From: an uncultured Gemmatimonadales bacterium
GTDB taxonomy: Bacteria; Gemmatimonadota; Gemmatimonadetes; Longimicrobiales; RSA9
Assembly: GCA_963798085.1 (NCBI GenBank)
Contig: CAWCRS010000002.1
Coordinates: 160,001 to 224,000, forward strand
Length of the DNA: 64,000 nt
Direction of reading: 5' to 3'
Shown here in pieces: positions 56,390 through 64,000 of this stretch. The notes beneath the pieces are model-generated. The model was not told where the DNA came from and made no database searches. It was given only the letters and a program-made list of their open reading frames with translations. Position numbers and translations under genes: made by a program. Position 1 is the first letter of the stretch. Each line of letters begins with the position of its first letter.

Positions 56390-57520
56390 ATGAGGTATCT
56401 CGTGCTGTCCGCCCTTGTGCCTCTCGCGGCACTGGCCGGGTGCGCCTCGGTCGACAACGGCGTTGCTACTGCGGCACAGGCGCGCATCTACTACGTGGCC
56501 GCGGATGAAGTGCCGTGGGACTACGTGCCCGGGGGCGTGAACGGAATCACCGGGGAACCCTTCAAGGCGACGGGTTACTTCAAGAGCCCGAAATCGGCGT
56601 ACACGCCGCGCGAAGTGCCAACCCTGTACACGAAGGTCCTGTACCGGGAATACGCCGACAGCACGTTCCAGACGCTCAAGCCACGTCCTCCCGAGTGGGA
56701 GCACCTGGGCTTTCTGGGCCCGGTGATTCGCGGCGTCGTGGGCGACACGATCCGGGTGGTGTTCCGTAACAACGGGCACGAGCCGTACGCAATGCACCCG
56801 CACGGCGTGTTCTACAACAAGGACTCCGAAGGCGCACCCTACGACGACGGCACGTCCGCGGGGGACAAGGGGGATGATGGCGTACCACCGGGAGGCACGC
56901 ACGTCTACGTGTGGCCCGTGCCGGAGCGCGCGGGTCCGGCCGACGGGGACATGAGTTCCGTGGTCTGGATGTACCACTCGCACCACGATGAAGTGAAGGA
57001 CGTGAATTCGGGCCTCATGGGACCGATGATCGTGACGGCGCGCGGCAAGGCCAGGCCGGACGGCACGCCCGTGGATGTGGACCGCGAGTTCGTCGCGGCC
57101 TTCATGCAGGTGCACGAGGAGGACAGCTGGATGGCCTTGCAGAACATTGGCAGGAACTTCGAGACCGTGAACGTCGCACCACCCGGCGCGAGCCAGAACT
57201 TCTATCCGTACTTCGTGCTCTTCTCCATCAACGGCTACACGCACGGTGGCATGCCGCTGCGCGCCTACACCATGAAGAAGGGCGAGCGCGTCCGCTGGTA
57301 TGTCTTCTCCTCCACCAACGACTTCGACGCCCACGCGCCGCACTGGCACGGCAATACCGTCGTGATCAACCACATGCGCACTGATGTCGCCTCGGTCAAT
57401 CCAATGGAGATGGTGGTGGCGGACATGGTGCCGGACAATGTGGGAACATGGCTGTTCCACTGCCACATCTCGTTTCACAATACCGAGGGCATGGCCGTCC
57501 GATACGTCGTTACGTCGTGA
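56390..57520 (+). CDS. Two-domain multicopper oxidase lipoprotein, ceruloplasmin-like
   Basis: Lipobox LAGC; MHPHG, YHSH, HAPHWHG and HCHISFHNTEGM. Confidence 0.9.
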   Translation: MRYLVLSALVPLAALAGCASVDNGVATAAQARIYYVAADEVPWDYVPGGVNGITGEPFKATGYFKSPKSAYTPREVPTLYTKVLYREYADSTFQTLKPRPPEWEHLGFLGPVIRGVVGDTIRVVFRNNGHEPYAMHPHGVFYNKDSEGAPYDDGTSAGDKGDDGVPPGGTHVYVWPVPERAGPADGDMSSVVWMYHSHHDEVKDVNSGLMGPMIVTARGKARPDGTPVDVDREFVAAFMQVHEEDSWMALQNIGRNFETVNVAPPGASQNFYPYFVLFSINGYTHGGMPLRAYTMKKGERVRWYVFSSTNDFDAHAPHWHGNTVVINHMRTDVASVNPMEMVVADMVPDNVGTWLFHCHISFHNTEGMAVRYVVTS

Positions 57521-57542
57521 ACGGCGCTGCCAGAACCGTCGA

Positions 57543-57617
57543 GAACGGCGTTGCCGGTGCTGGCTGCTGGGGAACGGAGTCGGACAATGTTGCCGGGGCT
57601 CGGGCTCGGGCTGGGAG
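57543..57617 (+). repeat. Intergenic repeat family copy D
   Basis: GAACGGCGTTGCCGGTGCTGGCTGCTGGGGAACGGA...GTTGCCGGGGCTCGGGCTCGGGCTGGG. Confidence 0.75.
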
Positions 57618-57657
57618 CTCACGAGATTTCAGGCGGCTGGCGCCCCCGCAACGCAGT

Positions 57658-58518
57658 TCAGTCTGACGCTAACTTCCTGAGGCGCGACACGATCAGGCGG
57701 TCGCGGAGCCGTGTGGGAAGGAGAGCGCCGATGGCGAGGCGGATGCGGGCGTCGGTGCCGACGACATAGCGCGGACGGGGGCGGGACGCGGTCAGGGCAT
57801 GCGTGACGGCCATGGCGACGGCATCGGGCGGCAGGCCGCCTTCCCCGCGAGCACCGCGCAGGGCGACACGGCGCAGGCCATCGATCAGAGGGCCGTATCG
57901 GGAGCGCGCTTCCGCCGGCATCGCGCCGATCAGCGTGTCGCCATGAGCGAGGGAGGTTTCCCAGATCGGTGTAGCGATCACGCCCGGCTCCACGATCGAC
58001 ACGTGAATCCCCCAGGGCAGCAGTTCGACACGCAGCGCGTCGGCAATCGCTTCCAGAGCGTGTTTCAATGCCGCATAGGCGCCGGTGAAAGGCAGCGCGC
58101 TCCGCCCGGCAACCGAGCCGATGAACACGACCCGACCCTGCGCCTTGCGGATCCGCGGCAGCACAGCCTGCGTGACCGCCACCTGACCCACCACGTTGAT
58201 CTCCAGCTGGCGCCGCAACTCATCGATCGGCAGATACTCGAGCGGTCCGGCGATGGCCACGCCGGCGTTATTGACCACACCCTCGAGCCCGGCCTCACCC
58301 AACTCCGTCTCCAGCAGTCGGGCGGCAGCCTCGATCTGGGCCGAATCCGTGACATCGAGCAGAACGGGCCGCACCGCTTCACCCGACTGCGCCCGAAGCC
58401 GCTCGCCATCCTCCTGCCTGCGCACGCCCGCGAAGACGCGAAACCCCTCCCCCGCAAGCCGCGCCACGCACGCCTCGCCAATGCCCTTCGACGCGCCTGT
58501 CACCAGAACCGATTTCAT
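57658..58518 (-). CDS. SDR family oxidoreductase
   Basis: TGASKGIG, VNNAG and YAALK. Confidence 0.92.
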   Translation of the reverse strand: MKSVLVTGASKGIGEACVARLAGEGFRVFAGVRRQEDGERLRAQSGEAVRPVLLDVTDSAQIEAAARLLETELGEAGLEGVVNNAGVAIAGPLEYLPIDELRRQLEINVVGQVAVTQAVLPRIRKAQGRVVFIGSVAGRSALPFTGAYAALKHALEAIADALRVELLPWGIHVSIVEPGVIATPIWETSLAHGDTLIGAMPAEARSRYGPLIDGLRRVALRGARGEGGLPPDAVAMAVTHALTASRPRPRYVVGTDARIRLAIGALLPTRLRDRLIVSRLRKLASD

Positions 58519-58566
58519 GCCGGAACGGTAGGGTGACGCCAGGTCGCGGGAAAGGCGTGGTGCGCG

Positions 58567-58890
58567 AACTGCGTTGCTCGAGCTGGCTCGGGCTGGTTGC
58601 TGGGAACGGATTCACGCGGAGAACCGCGACGAACGTTGCTCGGGCTGAGGCTCGGGCTGGCTGCTGGATATTCACACGGAGAACGGCGACGAACGTTGCC
58701 GGGACTCGGATGTGGCCGGGGCTCGGTACACGTTGGTTTTGCGGTTCGACGCGGGGGTCCGCGGTCCACTGCAATCGACCGTGCGCGGCACGCGCACCCT
58801 GCGGAAAAGACGTGTGTCCCGGGCCGAACCCGGCCCGGGTCCCGGTCACAGCGGAATCCGTTCCCGAGCAGCGAGCCCCAGCAGCCGTGT
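58567..58890. repeat. Intergenic repeat family copy E (tandem units with 60-bp period; inverted arm 58857-58890)
   Basis: TTCAC[GA]CGGAGAAC[CG]GCGACGAACGTTGC at 58611 and 58671; inverted TCCGTTCCCGAGCAGCGAGCCCCAGCA. Confidence 0.8.
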
Positions 58891-58908
58891 CAGACTTGAA
58901 TTGGGGTC

Positions 58909-58938
58909 TTGACTTCTCCACGCTATATCGCAAGATAT
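58909..58938 (+). promoter_or_regulatory. PadR promoter/operator candidate
   Basis: TTGACT -35 plus palindrome ATATC-N4-GATAT over the -10 region. Confidence 0.5.
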
Positions 58939-58947
58939 GTCCCGCGT

Positions 58948-59497
58948 ATGGAATGGTGGGACAGCTGGAAAGGGATTGCGGCCGCGTTCGGCGGGCGGCC
59001 GGGGCGGTTCTTCGAGGCGGGCGAAGTGCGTCTCGCGCTGCTCTCGCTGCTGGCCGATTCGGCCAAGCACGGATACGAGCTGATGAAAGCGCTGGAGACG
59101 CGATCGGGCGGACTGTACCGGGCCAGTGCGGGCGCCATTTACCCGACGCTGCAGCAGCTCGAGGACGAGGGACTCGTGCGCTCGGAGTTGCGCGACGGCA
59201 AACGCGTCTACGTGATGACGCCAGGAGGCCAGGCGGAGCTGGCGCGCGAGCCGGAGCGGGTGGAGCGCATCTGGACGCGGGCGAGCCAATGGCGCGAGAA
59301 TGGGCAGCTGGTCCACAGGCAATCAGTTCGGCCTGGTCGCCATGCTGGCGGGGGAGCTGGTGGGTGAGGCGATGCGCGCCGCGAAGCGGAGCGCGGGTCA
59401 GCCGGGCAGCCTCGAGCGCGTGCGTGAGATCCTGGAGAACGCGCGGCAGGAGCTGCGCACGCTGGGCGACGATGCATCGTCGTCTGCAACGCCCTGA
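58948..59497 (+). CDS. PadR family transcriptional regulator, frameshift near 59300
   Basis: HGYELM, SAGAIYPTLQQLEDEG and KRVY. Confidence 0.88.
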
Positions 59498-59763
59498 CGG
59501 CCTGCGGTTCCGCGTCCGCGAGGGACCGTCCACATGGCGCGTCTGCGCCACGGCAAGTGCGTCGGCCTGCCTCGCCGCGTCCTTTCTGACACGCTGTTGG
59601 GCGTGTGTGTCGCGGAAGCTGACGCTGGCTCGGCAATCACGCGCTGCGATGCTGGTGCTGCTGCGCGAGCACGCGTCGGTCCGGTCCTTTCAGCGGTGGC
59701 TCTTGATCCTCACGTAACGTGATGTTGCATGTTGGCGGCGGCTGATCGCGGGAGGAGTGTTCG

Positions 59764-60981
59764 GTGGTAGACACGTCGGATCTGGCGAAGCTGCGCATCG
59801 ATCGCACAGCGCGATCAGGCGGTGGCGGTCCGGGCAGGTGGTTGCTCTGGCTGGTCGCAGTGCTGCTCGTGGTGGGCGCGGCGGTCACAGGCGGATTCCT
59901 GGTACTGCGTGACCGGCCGGTGTCCGTCCGCACGGGTCGCGCGGAAGTGCGCGGCGGCGCGGCCGGCGGCGGGCTCACGGCGAATGGTTACGTGGTGGCG
60001 CGCACGAAGGCGTCGATCTCGTCCAAGATCGCGGGACGGCTGGCGCACCTCTCGGTCGAGGAAGGCGATCACGTCCGCAAAGGCGAAGTGATCGGGTGGC
60101 TGGATGACGCGGAGTACTCGGCGGCGATTCGTCAGGCGGAGGGCAATCTGCTGAACGCGCAGGCCGGCGAGATCGAAGCGAAGGCGAGGGTGGAGCAGGC
60201 CGCGCGTGACATGGACCGCGCACGTCGCCTGTACGCGGACTCCCTGACATCGCTGCAGGCGGTGCAGGATGCCGAGACCGGGCGCCAGGCGGCCGTGGCA
60301 CAGGCATTCGCGGCGGCCGCGCGCGTACAGGCAGGAGAGGCCGCACTGGATGCGGCGAAAGCGAGCCTGGCTAACACGCGTATCGTAGCGCCCTTCGACG
60401 GGACCGTGCTGCGCAAGGATGCGGAGGTCGGCGAGGTGGTGGCGCCATCCGTGGCGGGCGGCGGTCTCACGCGCGGCGCCGTTGTAACCATGGCGGACAT
60501 GGCGACGCTCGAGGTCGAAGTCAATGTCAACGAAGCGTACATCGGCGAGGTGCGGCTGCAGCAGGCGGCGAGCATCATCCTGGATGCCTACCCGACGGTC
60601 ACCTATCCGGCGCGCGTGCGGCAGATCGTGCCCACTGCGGACCGGCAGAAGGCGACGGTGCTGGTGCGCGTCGCCTTCAACAAGGCAGACCATCGTGTGC
60701 TGCCCGAGATGGCGGGGCGGGTGGTGTTCCAGTCGTCTGACGACAGCGCCAATGCGTCGCCCGCGCATGTCGTGATTCCCGCCGAAGCCGTGCGCAACGA
60801 GGGCGGCGCCGATTATGTGTGGGTGGTGGGCGAGGGTCGGGTGACGAAGCGGCCCATCGACGCGGGCCCGGTGAGCGCCGGCGAGCGCGAGGTCAGGTCG
60901 GGTCTGCGTGGCGGCGAAACACTGGTCCTGGAGCCGCCGGCCGCACTGGCCGAGGGCAAACGCGTGGTTATACGGCAGTGA
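59764..60981 (+). CDS. Efflux periplasmic adaptor subunit (MacA-like)
   Basis: N-terminal TM, VEEGD.V.KG, IVAPFDGTV and PTADRQKATV. Confidence 0.9.
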   Translation: MVDTSDLAKLRIDRTARSGGGGPGRWLLWLVAVLLVVGAAVTGGFLVLRDRPVSVRTGRAEVRGGAAGGGLTANGYVVARTKASISSKIAGRLAHLSVEEGDHVRKGEVIGWLDDAEYSAAIRQAEGNLLNAQAGEIEAKARVEQAARDMDRARRLYADSLTSLQAVQDAETGRQAAVAQAFAAAARVQAGEAALDAAKASLANTRIVAPFDGTVLRKDAEVGEVVAPSVAGGGLTRGAVVTMADMATLEVEVNVNEAYIGEVRLQQAASIILDAYPTVTYPARVRQIVPTADRQKATVLVRVAFNKADHRVLPEMAGRVVFQSSDDSANASPAHVVIPAEAVRNEGGADYVWVVGEGRVTKRPIDAGPVSAGEREVRSGLRGGETLVLEPPAALAEGKRVVIRQ

Positions 60982-60984
60982 CGG

Positions 60985-61118
60985 AACGGTGTTGCCGGGG
61001 CTGGGGCTCGGGCTGGCTGCTGGGGAACGGCGTGAACGGAAACGGATGACGACGTTGCTGCGGCTCGGGCCGGGGCTGGGAACGGCGTGAACGGATGACG
61101 GCCCAGCAACGCCGTTCA
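60985..61118. repeat. Intergenic repeat family copy F (two tandem units plus a short inverted arm)
   Basis: GAACGGTGTTGCCGGGGCTGGGGCTCGGGCTGGCTGCTGGGGAACGG; inverted GCCCAGCAACGCCGTTC. Confidence 0.8.
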
Positions 61119-61181
61119 GAGACGCGCAGTGCAACGAGCTGTTAGAGAACGAACACGGACAAGCGAAGCGGGGAGTCACAC

Positions 61182-61872
61182 ATGGCACTCGTCGAGGTGC
61201 GGGGGTTGACCAAGGTGTTCCGGCGGGACACGCAGGAGATCGTGGTGTTCGACGGTATGGACCTGGCCATGGAGCCGGGCGATTTCCTGGCGCTCATGGG
61301 TCCATCGGGCAGTGGCAAGTCGACGCTGCTGAATCTGCTGGCCGGGCTGGACCGGCCCACGTCGGGAAGTGTCGAGGTGGGGGGCCGCGACGTGGCCGCC
61401 ATGAAGCGCGGGCGGCTGGCGGAATGGCGAGCGACGCACATCGGTTTCATCTTCCAGCTCTACAATCTCATTCCGGTGCTGACCGCGGTGCAGAACGTCG
61501 AGCTGCCGTTGCTGCTGACGAAGTTCGGGCGGCGCGAGCGGCGGGAGCGCGCGCTCACCGCGCTCAAGGTAGTGGGGCTCACGGATCGTGCGGACCACTT
61601 TCCTCGCCAGCTGTCGGGCGGGCAGGAGCAACGCGTGGGCATTGCGCGCGCGATTGTGACCGATCCCCAGCTGATTCTGGCTGACGAGCCGACGGGCGAT
61701 CTCGATGCGAAGTCGGCGGCGGAAGTGCTGGATCTGCTGCAGCGTCTGAATCACGGAATTCGGCAAGACGATTCTCATGGTGACGCACGACCCGCACGCC
61801 GCCGAGCGCGCGGGCCGCACACTGCACCTGGAGAAGGGCGTGCTGCTGGAAGCCGCCGGGAGTCCGGCATGA
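61182..61872 (+). CDS. ABC ATP-binding protein (MacB/LolD-like), frameshift near 61755
   Basis: [17 protein letters not shown] and LADEPTG; MVTHD in a shifted frame. Confidence 0.9.
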
Positions 61873-63023
61873 CACGCGCGGGCATCGTCTTCGCCAACCT
61901 GCGGCGTCGCAAGCGGCGCAGTGTACTGACCATGCTGGGCATCGCCATCGCGCTGTTCCTGTTCGTCATGCTGCGCTCGGTGCTGACCACACTGGCGGAT
62001 GCCGGACGGGTGGGCAGCGAGCAGCGGCTGGTGGTGCGCAACAAGCTCGGCATCGTGTTCCCGCTGCCGGATGCATATCGCGCGCGGCTGCAGTCCATGC
62101 CGGGTGTCAGCGCTGTGAGCTGGTGCGAACTGGTTCGGCGGCGTGTACGTCGAGCCGCGCAATTTCTTTGCGCAGTTCGCCATCAATGCAGAGACGTTCC
62201 TGCCGCTCTATCCGGAGATCGTGATGCCGGAGGAACAGAAGCAGGCGTTCATGCGCGAGCAGACGGCCGCGATTGTCGGGCGAGGCCTGATCGAACGCTT
62301 CGGCTGGAAGCTGGGGCAGACGATCAACCTGACGCGCCACCATCTACGATCCCGGCCGCGACTGGCCGTTCACCATTCGCGCGATCTACGACAGCGGCCG
62401 CAGGGCTTTCCCGACAATGCGATGTACTTCCACTACAAGCTATCTGGAGCAGGGTCTGGGCGCGAGTTTCGGCCAGGTGGGCACGTTCGTGCTCGGGCTG
62501 ACGGATCCGTCGAACGCGGCGGAGATCGCGGCGGCGATCGATGCGTCCTACGAGAATTCGTCGGCCGCGACCAGGACGGAAACGGAAAGCGCGTACAATC
62601 TCGGTTTCGTCGGGCTCTACGGTAACATCGGGTTCTTTCTCAACACCATCGGCATGGCAGTAGTGTTTGCCATCCTGCTGGTGGCAGCGAACACCATGGC
62701 GCATGTCGGCACGCGAGCGCATCCCGGAAGTCGCAGTGCTCAAGACGTGGGCTTCAGTGACGCGGCCGGTCTTCCGGCTGGTGCTGGCGGAGGCGTTCGC
62801 CATTGCCTTTACCGGCATGGTGCTGGGTCTGGGCGGTGCACTGCTGGTGTTCAACCTGCGCAACTTCAACGTTTTCGGCTTCATCCCCGGCATGTCCGTG
62901 GCCACGCGCACGGTCATGCTCACGGTCGGTATCACTGTACTGTTAGCATTGGCCAGCGGTCTGCTGCCGGCACGCGCGGCCAGCCGGCTCAAGGTCATCC
63001 AGGCGCTGAGGCACGTGGCATGA
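61869..63023 (+). CDS. ABC permease (MacB/FtsX family), several frameshifts
   Basis: [39 protein letters not shown]. Confidence 0.82.
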
Positions 63024-64000
63024 AGATTCCACTGATCTACAACATCCGCAGCCTGCGGCAACGCCTGACGACGGCGGCCGCCACGCTGATCGGCATTGCG
63101 CTGGTGGTGGTCACCTTCGTGGGCATGCTCGCGCTGGCCACGGGCTTCAGCGCCGCGATGGTGCGCACCGGTCGCGCCGACAATGTGCTGGTGATGCGCA
63201 AGGGCTCGACCAGCGAACTGACCAGCGGCATCACGCGCGACCATGCATTCGATCATCAAGGGGCTGCCGCAGGTGGCGAAGGCTGCGGACGGCTCGCCGC
63301 TCGTCACGGCCAATGTGTACGTGGTGGTCACCATGAACCGCAGTGTGGGCGGCTCGGGTGAGGCGAACGTGCCGGTGCGTGGCGTCGACTTCGCCGCCTT
63401 CCAGGTGCGCGACCAGGTGAAAATTACGGAGGGCCGCGCATTCCAGCCGGGGCGTCCGGAAGTCATCATTGGCGCAGGCATTGCCCGCCGCATTGCCGGC
63501 GCGCAGGTGGGCGACACGATCAAGCTGGGCACCGGCCGCTTCGCCGTGGTCGGTCATTTCACGGCGGATGGCGGCGCCTTCGAGTCGGAGATCTGGGGCG
63601 AGAACGAACAGCTCATGGGCGTGTTCCGCGGCCCGGTGTTCGAGTCCATCACGTTCCGCCTCGCGGATCCTGCCGGCTTCGACCAGGCGAAATCAGCGGT
63701 GGAAAGCGATCCTCGCCTCACGCTCGAGGCGCACCATGAGGATGAATTCTTTCGCGGGCAGTCCGTGTTACTGTCCAACGTGCTGCGCTTCGTCGCCATC
63801 TTCGTGACCAGCATCATGGCCATCGGCGCCGTGTTCGGCGCCATCAACACAATGGATACGATGGTCAGCGCGCGCTCGCGCGAGATCGCACTGCTGCTGA
63901 CGCTCGGCTTCAAGCCACGCAGCGTGATGGCTTCGTTCCTCACGGAGTCCGTGCTGCTGGCCTTCGCCGGCGGCGTGGTCGGCTGTCTGCTGGCACTGCC
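63020..64000 (+). CDS. Second ABC permease (MacB/FtsX family), frameshift near 63245, truncated by the window edge
   Basis: YNIRSLRQR; AINTM...RSREIALL.TLGF. Confidence 0.82.

Noticed and set aside
58567..58727. CRISPR array (60-bp periodicity)
   Set aside because: Only two to three degenerate units, the intervening sequences are themselves repeat-like, and there are no cas genes.
58379..59717. Long Arg/Ala/Pro-rich ORFs spanning repeat E and padR
   Set aside because: Off-frame translations with no motifs; better explained by the repeats and PadR.
59534..59722. Small ORF between padR and the adaptor gene
   Set aside because: No recognisable motif and it overlaps the likely promoter; insufficient support.

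Overview
High-GC bacterial chromosome segment. Gene content and several lineage-type hypothetical proteins suggest Gemmatimonadota (inference). The left half is mostly housekeeping: an mqnA-mlaEFD-NUDIX-AI-2E-flavin reductase operon, rho, recF-DUF721-gyrB, an M16 peptidase, BtpA, a D-amino acid transaminase, ssb, a Ca/H antiporter, thiolase/3-hydroxyacyl-CoA dehydrogenase and an IPMDH/IDH-family enzyme. The right half is more accessory: peptidases, two ECF sigma/anti-sigma/secreted-protein modules, a putative copper locus with a ceruloplasmin-like two-domain multicopper oxidase, and PadR plus a MacAB-like exporter. No rRNA, tRNA, CRISPR array, integrase or transposase was found. About 14 genes, including essential gyrB, carry frameshifts that are probably long-read indel errors. 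The most notable unexplained signals are (1) a dispersed intergenic G-rich repeat family, often as inverted arms around a unique spacer; (2) two divergent unknown genes sharing a PLPxFExWVxxYxxxPxxY domain, next to an RHH-like gene; (3) a histone-H1-like protein fused to a double zinc-ribbon; and (4) the copper locus.
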